Shown piece after piece: positions 26,016 through 38,324 of a stretch of DNA of 64,000 nt. Origin of the DNA: Azolla caroliniana (lineage: Eukaryota > Plantae > Polypodiophyta). Numbering within the stretch: the first letter of the stretch is position 1; every line of letters begins with the position of its first letter. The notes below the pieces were generated by a model. It did no database searches. It saw nothing but the letters and a program-made list of their open reading frames with translations, and was not told the origin of the DNA. Where the stretch lies: assembly GCA_043228905.1 (NCBI GenBank), contig JBHGNT010000011.1, positions 8,122,001 through 8,186,000 of the forward strand, given 5' to 3'. The position numbers and the translations under genes were made by a program.

Positions 26016-26199
26016 AGTGGGAAATTTGAATTTTTTGGCGCCAACGGCTGTTTTGTGTCCCATAGGATGATCGTAATCCACGAGAATCACGGTGGTTATG
26101 CTTGCCTTGCAATGGCTAAATCTCAACAATGCTTAACATTAACCGGACGAATAGCTTGCTAATGTCCGGGCGATTAAGGAAGGGTAAATTAAAACTTTT

Positions 26200-26400
26200 T
26201 AGAAATAGAAAATTAACTTAGTGAAAATGTGAACTAGTGAGCATTTTTTAAAAACAAAAAATGAACTTAATGAAAATGTGAACTAGTGAGCGCTTTAATA
26301 ACAGAAAATTAACTTAATTAAAATGTGAAATAGTGAGTGTTTTAAAAACAAAAAATTAACTTAATTAAACTATGAAATAGTGAGTATTTTAATTAACACA
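26200..26400. repeat. AT-rich ~45-bp tandem repeat (4 copies) in the element A leader
   Basis: AAAATTAACTTA..AAAATGTGAA(C/A)TAGTGAG repeated. Confidence 0.8.
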
Positions 26401-26489
26401 AATAGTGGTTTCCTTTCGATTTCTTCCCCCGTTAAGTGGGTTGCCTACGAGTGTTTGAACACTCGAAGTCAGCTTCAAGCATCGATCGT

Positions 26490-26508
26490 ATCCCCGGCAG
26501 CAGCGCCA
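26490..26508 (-). promoter_or_regulatory. Athila-type PBS (tRNA-Asp-like) of element A
   Basis: TGGCGCTGCTGCCGGGGAT, close to the Athila consensus TGGCGCCGTTGCCGGGGA. Confidence 0.75.
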
Positions 26509-26514
26509 AATAGA

Positions 26515-27104
26515 TGTGTAGGATCTATGTATCGATGGAGTTAGCTCCTCGATGTCGTTTGCGGAGTTCGGACCGGCGTATAGCCTTTTGATGGTGAATC
26601 AGGCGGAGATGGTTGTTGGGCACATCCGAGCCTCACACTCACTTAACGATTAATAGATGACTAAGCACGATATCTCTCTCACTCTCTCACTCTCTCAAGC
26701 TCACTCTCATAGACAATAGGGTAATGAATATAGACAATAAGAGTAATAAATATGTCTATTAACCCTCTTTGCTAAGAGGTCTAGCACCAACAAGGAAGAG
26801 AGATTAGTGTTCTCTAACGAAACACATCACTAATGTCTCTTAAGCTTAAAGGTTACAAGAAGGAGGAGAGGAAGCTCTTGCGCTTAATCAATAGGGAGAT
26901 CTTACAATTGGAAGAACCCTTACAAAGCCACCACTATGTGGTTTATATAGCATTTCCATTTAGGGTGTGGACCTTTCACACTTGGGTGTCCCTTAGTCCT
27001 CTTTCCTCTTGTTGTTCCCTCTTTGTAGGTCCTTTAGCCATACTACGTCCTTGTCGGTGCGCTCTTCTTCATTACCGATCGTGGTGTGATCCCAGCGCCT
27101 AACA
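26515..27104 (-). repeat. Putative element A 5' LTR
   Basis: Adjacent to the PBS, TG...CA ends, TATATAAA on the minus strand at ~26942-26949. The outer boundary is inferred because there is no partner LTR. Confidence 0.55.
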
Positions 27105-27484
27105 AAAACGAAACAATGGAGGAGGATAGAAGAGAGAAGAGAAGCCTCCTATTTAAGATAGGAATACAGTACTAGGACACGTAGAATATCTGATTTTGCT
27201 TTCTGTTTGTAACTTCGGTCGTGCGTTATGTATTACTATTTCGAATAACGTAATATATATCTAGTTTTGGGTCCAATTTGTTCTGGTCCTTGAGATCATT
27301 TCTGAATTATAACATCTTGAATTAAGATCCTGTTATACGGCTAACGTACGCCAACCATTTTCTCGGTATGAATCAAATTGCCGAGCAATCCCTCTCTCAC
27401 CCTGACCTCCACCACATACCACAGTCCCCTGATTCGATTACCATAGGAGTAATAAAAGGTGTTGCTTCCAAGAAGGAGAAAACA

Positions 27485-27672
27485 TCGTAGCTTCCCCGAC
27501 ATGCTACCCATCCGGGTTTGGAATACCAATACCAACCTTTCGATGTCGAAATCCTTCTCATTGCCACGTCTATGCCGGTCCATGAAAGCTTTCCGCCAGC
27601 GTTGTTTGAGCTCCAACTGCAACAAATTAGTTATCCGATGTTCCTCTAATTTGCATAGTGTCGTCAACCGGA
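27485..27672 (-). pseudogene. Integrase C-terminal fragment of a B-like element
   Basis: IRLTTLCKLEEHRI...LELKQRWRKAFMDRHRRGNEK...LVFQTRMG matches element B IRLTALCELEEQRL...LELEQRRRKAFVDRHRKGNEK...LVFQTRMG. Confidence 0.85.
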
Positions 27673-28064
27673 TACCATGTAAAGAATCGAGTATGATTCT
27701 TGTGTAGCGGAGGAGATATGTGTTATGTGTATGTGTGAGAGGAAATAGAGAAGAGAAGAGAAGACACCAGATGGATAGATAGAATGGAAAATAGAATACT
27801 CAAGAAGAAGAAGAAGATGTATATTCACAAGGAGAATATGAAATACAAAAATGTAGCATTACAAGGAGTCACAACTGACTTAGTATGAAGTATGAGGAGG
27901 GTACTTTATATATAGTCACCCTCTCTCTTCATTAACTAACTACAACAACCACTCTCTCTTGGGGAATGTGAAGACTCATAGTCATGGGGAATATGTAATT
28001 CATTAGTTATGTGTCATAGAATATCGTTCTATGACACATAGTTCATGTGTAGAGAGTAGTGGTG

Positions 28065-31000
28065 TGTCATGATGTGGCAAGACTCGAACCCATGACCTTA
28101 TGGTATATGGGGGGAGTTTTACGCAGTCCCATCCTCTTAGTACTAATAGTACTTCCCTTTTTTCCAGTACTAATTCTCTCTCTGTTTTAGTACTATTCCT
28201 GACAGTTTGAACCAATTTTTCCCTCAAGTCTACTTGTTGTTTTTCCTCATCCTCCTACTATGGTTATTGTTAGCGCCCAAGAATATCAATCCGTTTTTCT
28301 TTGACCTACAGTGTCTAAAAGAAAATTTTGTTGCCTTGGAACAAGAAAACCAACGATTGATAGGGGATCTGCAACAAATCGCTCTCAAAAAACAACAAAC
28401 GCAGCAACAACATGGGGAGTTAGCGTTATGGGTACAACAACTCGAACCAGCGTTGCAACAACAAGGATCAAATCCCCAAGGATTTCATAAAGAACCCAAG
28501 ATTGGACTTCCTGTGAAATTTGATGGAACGCGATCACAATTCAGGGGATTCCTTAATCAGGTACGCTTAGTCATCCAAATGCATCCGTCTCGATACCCCA
28601 CTGATGCATCCTGAGTCGGCCTAATTGGCACGTTGCTTAGCAGCTCGGTCTTGGCATGGTTTGCTCCACTTCTGGAAAAACAATCGCCCTTACTGAATAA
28701 CTTTGAAGACTTTATTAGCTTGCTTTGGAGATACAGACAGCCTCCGGACGGCGATCAAAAAAACCCGACGATTGCGTCAAGGCGATAGTCCAGCCTCTGC
28801 CTACGCGGAGGATTTCCATCTACTCGCTTCAAATATCCCCTGGGATGATCATGCACTAATGGAGCAATTTCGCTACGGCCTGTGAAACAATGTCAAAGAT
28901 CTACTTCTAACATTCCCCGAAGAACCAAAGTCTCTTATGGAGGAAATCAGTCGAGTGGTCCGATGTGACAACCGCCTTTTCGAACAGCATTCGGAATGTC
29001 AATTACAGATACCACACTCTAGGCCGGAGCCCACTTACGCCTCCGCCGTGGCTAAACCGTTTGCACGAGACATACCTCAAGCAAATACTCTGACACCAAT
29101 GGAGATCGATACCATGTGTCGACGTGGCCCGTTATCGGAAGAAGAAAAGCAACGACAACGTGCAAATCGATTATGTCTTTATTACGGTGGACCAGGGCAT
29201 ATCGCAATCAATTGTCCCCATAGGCCAAGAAGACAGGTAAATCAAATCGTAGCCTGTACTAAACCCGAGTCAATTCTTCCCTTAGGAGTGTCTAATAGTA
29301 TTAATAGTACTAATAGAGTGTTTGATAGTATTAATAGTACTAATAGCCCAAGTATCTCAAACAAATTTGAAATCCTTAGTCAATTAGATGAAGAGTTAAA
29401 CAATTGAGTCCAGCCAAAATAGGAGTCGTTTGGTCTGACAGCCCTAGATCTGTACAGCCCATTAGTGCTTCCATTCCCTCCAAGCAAGTTAGCAATGTGT
29501 TCCTAGCCCAAGTCATGGTTAGTACTAAAAGTACTCCCCCATTACATGTCCTAGCACTTCTAGATTCCGGAGCTAATTCTTGTTTCATGGATTGAAATTT
29601 TGCCCAAGCTTCTCAGATACCCTTAAGCAAACTTCCTTGCCCCGCATTTGTAGTAGTCATTGATGGTCGTCCCATTGCTTCCGGGAATATTGTAGAAGAG
29701 TCAGAACCCATTCAAGTTGTCCTAGGTAGTTTTGTGTGTGTAGTAGCATTTAATATAATTAGTAGTCCAGAGCATCCCATTGTCCTGGGATTACCTTGGT
29801 TTGAATTACATAATCCAGACATAGATTAGAGAACAAGAGAAGTCTGACATCGACAACCCCAAGAATCTACTCATCGAGTTTCGACCATTTCACTACGTCA
29901 ATTACGCGAAGAAGGACACAAGGAGGCAATGTTCCTATTTGCAATATCAGTACATCCTTCCAGCACTATTAAGGTGGAATCCTTAGTACAACTTCCGGCG
30001 AAATATCATCCTTATGCCGATGTATTGGACAAGGTAAAAGCCGGTACTCTTCCTCATCATCGTCCCTATGATTGTCCCATCGATTTACAACCAGGAGCAG
30101 AGCCACCATGGGGACCAATTTACAACTTGTCCCCCACCGAGTTAGAAGTCCTTCGAGCCTACATAGAGGAGAACTTGGCAAGCGAGTTTATTCGTCATTC
30201 AAAATCTCCAGCCAGTGCACCCATCTTCTTTGTCAAGAAGAAAGATGGCTCACTTCATCTTGTCGTTGATTACCGCGGCTTAAATAAAGTCACCATCCGG
30301 AATAGTATGCACTTCCTCTTATATCAAGTCTTTTAGAGCGAGTTAATGGTGCCAAGTTTTTTACAAAAATCGATCTACGAGGAGCGTATAACCTTGTTCG
30401 GATCCGACCGGGAGATGAATGGAAGATCACCTTTCGCACGCGGTATGGGCATTTCGAATATATTGTTATGCCATTTGGTCTAACCAATGCACCCGCAGTC
30501 TTCCAACACATGGCAAACGATATATTTAGAGACCTCTTGGATATCCATTTGTTCATCTATCTGGATGATCTATTGATTTATTCGAAGAACCAGGAAGAGC
30601 ACGATTCTCATGTACTATTAGTACTAAACCGACTCCGTAAGAATGGTCTTTATGCCAAGCTAGAAAAATGTAGCTTTGACTACAAGCAAGTGGAATTTCT
30701 AGGCTACGTTATCTCCTCAAAGGGCATCTCCATGGATCCAGCTAGAGTGGCAAATTCCACGGTCAGTACAAGATGTACAATGTTTTCTAGGTTTTGCTAA
30801 CTTCTACCGCAAGTTTATACAGGATTACTCAAAGATTATTTTACCTCTCACATAACTTACGAAGAAGGGACAAGCATTTCTTTGGTCCAATGAAGCGAAC
30901 ATGGATTTTCGGCATCTTAAGAAAGCCTTTACATCAGCACCTATTCTAGCTCATGTGGATACAAGCAAACCATTCATCATGGAGGCCGACGCATCAGATT

Positions 31001-33252
31001 TCGCCCTCGGAAGCATCCTTTCTCAACAAGGAGATAAAGAAGAGTTACATCATGTGGCTTTCCATTCGCGCAAATTCGATGTTGTGGAAATCAACTACGA
31101 AATACATGACAAGGAGTTATTAGCCATCGTGGATTCATTTGTGCAATGGCGGCATTTTTTGGAGGGCTCTCCACATCAGGTCATCGTCTTCAGTGATCAC
31201 AAGAATCTTTTTATTTCCAGAACGCTCGTGTGCTAAATCGACGGCAAGCTAGGTGGGCTCAATTCCTCACACGTTTTGATTTCAAAATCACATATCGACC
31301 AGGGAAGCAGCAAGGAAAGGCAGATGCACTATCACGGCGTTCATATCTTGCACCTCGTCCTGGTGATCCAGCGTTCGATAATCAAAAGCAAGTAATCTTG
31401 GGACCAACACGATTGCACACAACGCGGATTTTTCACACCCCAATGGATTCCCAGATTACCGACACCATACGTGTGAACTTGAAGACGGACAATTTTGCTC
31501 AAGACATTCTAGCGCACATTGATACCTCTTGGGCATCCTGTTCCTAGTCTCAACAACTAGGTATGGACTACCGACAATTCGAATATCATGATGGTTTGTT
31601 ATTCTTTAAAAAGCTTGTATATGTCCCCGATTGCTCCTGTCGCCTTCAAATCGTCCAAAGTTGTCACGACACCCATATGGCGGGACATTTCGGTAGCACT
31701 AAGACGTTGGATCTAGTTCAAGGATCTTTTTGGTGGCCCCACATGCGACATTTTGTCCACGACTACGTTCGGACCTGTGATGCTTGCTGCCGAGCAAAGA
31801 TGCCACGACACCATCCATATGGCTTGTCGGAACCCTTACCGATTCCAAGTAAGCAGTGGCAATCTATTTGTCTTGACTTTATCACAGATCTGCCGGTCTC
31901 GAAGGGTTTCAATGCTATCTTAACCGTCGTCGATCGATATACGAAGATGGCACATTTTGTGCCATGTACTAAGGCCATCACTAGCGAGGAAACTGCCGCC
32001 CTTGTCATGCATGAGGTATTTCGGCATCATGGCCTCCCAGACAGTATCATCAGTGACCGAGGACCGCAATTCGTCTCCAAATTTTGGCAGCATCTCTTCA
32101 AGATGCTCAAGGTCTCTTACAACCTCTCCTCCAGCTACCATCCTCAGACCGATGGGCAGGCGGAACGAACAAACCAAACGTTGGAGCAATATCTCCGGTG
32201 TTTCCTGAGTTATCAACAGGACGATTGGGCCGAAATTCTCCACTTTGCGGAGTTTGCGTATAATAATGTTGTTCACTCCTCGACTCGAGTCTCCCCATTC
32301 TATGCTTATACCGGTTCTTATCCTCGTTGGTCGGTGATCGACACGCCGGAGCTACCTACCAATCCTCGTGTCGAGGATCATTTGGAGAGACTACACAAGA
32401 TCCAAATGGATCTCTCTACTGATCTTCGCCATGCTCAACAGACACAGAAGACTTACGCGGATCGTCATCGGCTTCCCTCCTCTTTTGCCATCGGAGATCG
32501 AGTATGGCTTTTATGTCGTCACATCAAGACTACTCGACCGTGCGACAAGTTGGATTATCGACGACTCGATCCTTTCCGTATTACTGGTAAGGTTAATGAT
32601 GTCACGTTCCGCCTTGATCTTCCTCTGCATCTTCGGATACATCCGGTCTTCCATAGTTCTCTTCTTGAACCTTACAAAGCAAACATTATTCCCGATCGTG
32701 TTACAGCACCGCCGCCCCCGTTTAAGTTAGACTTCGGCCCGGAGTATGAAGTTGCTGCCATCCTCGACTCCAAATTTATTCGCAACAACCTTTATTATTT
32801 GGTTGATTGGCTCGGCTATAGTCCGAGCAAACGTACTTGGGAGCCCGTCGAGCATGTGGCCAATGCTCAGGATCTTCTTGCTGATTTTCACCGACAGTAT
32901 CCCGACAAACCCGGTCCTCAATCAGCGTTGACTCGTTCCACTTGTTGTCTTCAAGGGAGGATAGTGTCATGATGTGGCAAGACTCGAACCCATGACCTTA
33001 TGGTATATGGGTCGAGCTCTTAACCATCACACCATCTATTGTAATTTGTAGGATATTATTTTCATTTATGCTTTATTATAAGAAACTAATGTATATTCCA
33101 GATTTCTCTGGAACATTCTAGAAGCTTCAGGACTACTCCAGAGAGCACTATAAAAGGAGGCACAAGGCATTGTTTTGAACCAAATTGGTTCAACGCCAGT
33201 CTTAAGCCTCATAGCCCTTTTGTACTTACTCTTCACATAATATATCCTCTCT

Positions 33253-33302
<50 letters not shown>

Positions 33303-33434
33303 CTCGCTATCTCTCTCTCTTCTCTTCTCTCTTCCTCTCCCGGGAGTCTTACGCAGTCCCGTCCTCTTAGTGCTAATAGTACTTCCCTTTTTTCCAGTAC
33401 TAATTATCTCTCTGTTTTAGTATTATTCCTGACA
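28065..33434 (+). mobile_element. Element E: chromovirus Ty3/Gypsy (Tcn1/Tf1-like), inserted in the 3' LTR of D
   Basis: TSD TGGTG (28060-28064, 33435-33439). 5' LTR 28065-28204 (internally deleted), 3' LTR 32965-33434, PPT AAGGGAGGATAG. Confidence 0.93.
28300..32972 (+). pseudogene. gag and pol of element E with a C-terminal chromodomain
   Basis: Gag LPVKFDGTR, TPMEID, CLYYGGPGHIAINC; protease LLDSGANS; [11 protein letters not shown]...YLDD; RNase H EADASDF; integrase SDRGPQF, HPQTDGQAER; chromodomain EYEVAAILDS...YYLVDWLGY...TWEP. Confidence 0.93.
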
Positions 33435-36400
33435 TGGTGTGACTCTTGACCTTTGAGTAATCACAGATTCTCAAAAGGTGTGTTCACACATTCAGCTTGA
33501 TTCTCAACACGCCCCCTCAAGCTCAACTCAGGTTGGTTCCTTTCGATTGATGTCCTCTTCGGTTGGTATTCGGTTCAAACGATCTTCAGTGTCCGCTTTG
33601 GCTCATACCCGGTTCAGATGCTATCTGTTAGAGACATGAACTAATATAAGCATTAGATAAGGATAGAATATAGATCTAGATAGAAAGGAGAGAGAGAGAA
33701 ACAAGGGTGTCGATCCACCTGACCACCCCCTTGAACGGATCGAGACGGACTCGAGCCTCGATCGGCGTCCCATACCACCGCTGGGGCGTCGAGTCGTACC
33801 TAGTGTTGGCGCGCTCGCTACAAGAGTTGACCCACCACAAGACAGAGTCTCGACGTAGTCAACAAGATAATGAAATGAGGGTAGCTAGGCCTCTTATTTA
33901 TAGCAATAACCAAGGCTCCCAGGTAAGTTCACACTTGGCCTAATGGGTTGTCTCAATCCCGAGGATTAAAAGTAATCCTCCCCTTCTTTACACTCTCGTT
34001 TAACCCTCACACTTATCCACGTGTATAGAATACTACGGTAAATTCTCACCACGGGATATTATATGGTCATGCCCGTAACATACTCCCCCTCTTTAAAACA
34101 TTGCACTCTTGCAATGGAAAGTTAGGGAAGTTAGTTCTGAGAGTATTTTCGTGTTCCCATGTGGCATCTTTTATTGATTTATCCATCCATTTTATTTTAA
34201 ATTCTCGGATTTCTTTAGTACTTAATTTTTTTGTTTTAACATCGAGAATTCTTTCTAGTACATGTGGTTTAGAAGTTAAATCTTCAGAAGTAACCAGAGT
34301 TTCAATTGTAACTGTATTCTCGCCAGAACCTAGAAGTTCTTTTAGACAACTCACATGAAAGATTAGATGAATTCCAACACCATCGGGAAGAGCGAGACGA
34401 TAGGCTAATGACCCAATGTGTTTGAGGACTGTAAAAGGTTCACAAAACCGTCGGGCTAACTTAGCGCAATTACCCTTAGACAAGGTCTTAGAATTGTGAG
34501 GTGCACGTAAAAATACCTTCTGTTCAGGGTTGAATACACAAGGTTGCCTATTATGATCGGCATAAAAACGCGAGCTAGCTTGAGCTGTTTTTATATTATC
34601 TCGTGCAATATGCAACATATCTTGCATATCCCAAAGAAAGTTTTGCGTACTTCGCAACTCATCATGATGTATTAACATCAATCGGGGCTCGTGGCTGAAA
34701 ATCATACATCAACATAAAAGGACTATATCCCGTCGACATATGCTCGGAGCTGTTATAAGCAAACTCCAAAATTGGGAGAAAACGTTCCCATTTTGTTGGT
34801 TTTGCACCAACATATGCTCGAAGCATGTCCTCAATAATTTGATTTACTCATTTTGTCTGTCCATCGAATTGAGGATGATCCGTGGAACTCATGCTCACCG
34901 TAGTTTCTAACTTCTTAAAGACTTGCATCCAAAAGTCACTAGTAAACTTTGGATCTCGATCACTCACGATATCCATCGGTAACCCATAAAAATGAAATAA
35001 CTCGTCAACGAATTGGTAAGCCAATTCAGGAGCTGTTACTGTGGTTTTAGTAGCAATAAATTTGGCCATTTTAGTTAGTCTATCAACCACAACCTAGATG
35101 GCATCATGACCTTTTAGGGTGCGAGGAAGGCTAACAATAAAATCCATGGATATACTTTTCCACTTAATATTGGGAATGTCCAAGGGATGTAAAAGTCCTA
35201 CGGCTTTAAGTCGCTCGGCTTTGTTAACATGACATTGGTGACATTTAGTCACATAGCTATGTATGTCAGGACGCATCTTAGGCCAATAAAATTGAGTGGA
35301 GATGAGAACGAGTGTACGATGTATTCCAGGATGCCCTACTAGGGGTGCATTATGGCATTCAAAAAGAATTCTCTTTTTGACCTCAAGCAAATCTGGAACA
35401 CAAACCTTCCCATTACGATAGAGCAGACCGTTAGCAATGTGGAAGTATTCCTTCGAGGATGTGGTGGTGTCTGTTCTAGACTCAACTCTTGCCCAATATT
35501 TTGCAAAATAATTGTCATCAGGATACTTTCCTCGAAGGTGATCATAAAGATCTGATGATATTTCAGTGAAGCTAAGCATTTTACCTTCACGGATGCGACT
35601 TAGTGCATCAGCGACAGTGTTCATGGAACCTTTACAATATCGTATGGAAAAATCAAAGTCCTGGATGAGATCAGTCCATCGTGCCTTACGACCTTTCGGG
35701 TCTTGTGGGTCACAAAAAATATTTCAAGGACTCGTGGTCCGTAGTTACCACAAAGCGATTTCCATAAAGATAATGGCGTCATGTTTTGAGCGCATGTATA
35801 ACTGCAAATAATTCCTTTTCTTGAACAGTATACCGACATTGAGCAAAATCAAGTTTCTTACTCTCGAATGCTATTGGTTAACCATCTTGATATAAGACAA
35901 CACCTATAGCATAATCGCTTGCATTGGTTTCAACCTCAAAAGGTTTTGAAGGATCAGGTAAAAGAAGTGAAGGAGCCTTGTACACCAGGTCCTTGAGTTC
36001 CTTAAAGGCGAGGTCTAGTGTAGCATTCCAGACAATAGGTTTTGTAGACTTACGCGTTTGACCTTTTAGAAGATCAGTAAATGGCGTCGTCAATTGGGAG
36101 TAATTACGAAGGGATTTTCGCAAAAACCCGACAAAACCAAGGAATGATCGAACTTCTCGAATATTCCAAAGAGTGGGCCAAAGCTTGATTTTCTCGATGC
36201 GAGAAGGATCAATTTCAACTCCTCGTTCGGTTATGAGATGTCCAAGATAAGTAATTGATTTCTTGAAGAACTCACATTTTGAGATCTTCACATAAAATTG
36301 TTTGTCACGTGATGTTTGTAAAACAAAGCGGACATGTTTAGCATGTTCTTGTAATGTACGGCTATAAACTAAAATATCATTGAAGAAAATAACGACAAAT

Positions 36401-38324
36401 TTTCTAAGTTGTTCTCGGAAATGTCATTCATTTCTTGTTGAAATGTAGCCGGAGCATTGGTCAAACCAAAAGGCATAACCAAAAACTCATAATGGTCATA
36501 GCGCGTACGAAATGTCGTTTTAGGAACATCGTTCTCACTTATACGAATTTGATAGTAGCTAGTACAGAGATCAAGTTTCATAAAATATCGAGCTCCCTGG
36601 AGACGGTCAATTAGATTGTCAGCCCGGGGCAATGGATACGAATTCTTGATCGTCACTTTATTCAAGTGTTAGTAATTAATACACATACGCCATGTGCCCT
36701 TTTTCTTTTTAACCAAGAGAACTGATGCACCCCATGGAGATTTACTATAACATATATAACCCATTCGTAAATAGTCCTTGAGTTGCTTAGATACCTCATC
36801 CTCTTCGGATCGACTTAAGCGATAAGGAGGTATACTTATTGGTGCAACGCCAGGTACAATATCTATACGATGGTCTATATTACGTTTAGGAGGTAACCCA
36901 TCTGGTAGTTCACTCGGAAAAACATCACGAAAATCATTTAAGATTTCATCAAGTTGTTGTTCTTCAAAATATGTTAATTGAACCGACATTATCGATATTG
37001 TAAACGTGAATGTCTGGATCAAGTACACAATAAAATAGAGTAGAACAAGACAACTCAGATATTGATGGAGAGGAAACAATCGAGAGGGATTGTTTTTTTA
37101 CACATTAAATAAAATGAGTACAATCGTTCAGTACAAATGTTATTGAATGATGAACCCAATCAATAGATAAAGAAGAGTTTTTATTATAAAACCAGGGATA
37201 ACCCAGTATTACATCAGTGGTACAAAGATTCATTACATGGAAGTCTACTTCCTCTATATAAGTATCAATAGAAATTCCTAATGAATGAATCGGCCCGTTG
37301 ATGTATTGTACTCTTCCATCAGCCAAGTGCATCGTATAGGTGTGATCACTTACGGTGGGTTGGATTCCCCATATCTGAACCAAACGATCATTCACAAAGT
37401 TGTGTGAGCTTCCCGAATCAAACAAAAATTGTACATGAGATCCATTGATATACTCGTTTGCACGTAGTAAATCATTGGGACCCAATACATACATAGGGAA
37501 AGAACATTGACAACTACTTAAATGATGTGTATAGACCTGAAGGACATTAGGAATCTGACCTTTATGGTCTGCAACTTTAGCTTTGTTGTCATGCTATTCC
37601 GTTGGAGCTTTCGACATTGCTTTTTTGTATGACCCTTCTTTTTGCAAAATACGCAAAAAGGATGTTGTCGCTTACAATCGCGATCCATGAATTCGTTGGG
37701 TGTCTTACGTTTCCCAACGAATTGCGACTGCTTAGTCCCGGGCGCTTCGTTGGGTTTGTTGTGGTTCTTCTTTGAAGTGCGCTGATAGCAAAGAACTATT
37801 TCAATGGCCTCTTCGAAGGATTTTGGATCCTTATCGTGCACTATCCAGTGATAGTCTCAATTGGGGATGTCATTGACAAAACAAGCTATTAACCAGTTGT
37901 CCCCTTCTAGACTCGATTTTTGGATTTGGGTTCTAGCATGGTGGGCATAGTCTTCTAGCAAAGAAAACTTCTTGCTAGAGAGGTTCATTAAAGCTTGTGC
38001 TGCCTCGGTTTGAGAGGGAGGTTGCAGAAATTGGCCCTTGAAAACTGTGACAAAATCTGTCCAAGTATCGGGCAACTTCCCCAAAGTACGGAGCCCACGC
38101 CACCAGGCGGCAGCCTTATCCCCTAGTTCTCGGTCGACATATGCAATCTTCGTACTATCTGGCATGCGATAGAGCTCAAAATGAGACTCCCATCGGCCCA
38201 GCCACGTGCAGATTGCTTCTTCGGTTCTTTCCTTTTTTCTCCCGTAAATGACTTAACGACAAACGATGGCTCACCCTATGGCTCCTCAGGTCTATTAGTC
38301 TCACGTTGTAAACTAATGACACGT

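Larger units (their letters stand above)
3425..27104 (-). mobile_element. Element A: degenerate Athila-like (non-chromovirus) Ty3/Gypsy LTR retrotransposon, 3'-truncated, interrupted by element B
   Basis: Gag-PR-RT-RH-IN order at 3425-8900. Athila-type PBS at 26490-26508 and a putative 5' LTR at 26515-27104. Sequence is continuous across B (TSD GTTTG). Confidence 0.75.

Noticed and set aside
26030-26050. Second PBS (TTTTTTGGCGCCAACGG)
   Set aside because: No adjacent LTR end. It is only a 10-bp palindrome (TTGGCGCCAA) inside the A leader.
27105-27484. Additional LTR fragment
   Set aside because: TATA-like and AATAAA motifs and a CA end are suggestive, but there is no partner copy, PBS or TSD.
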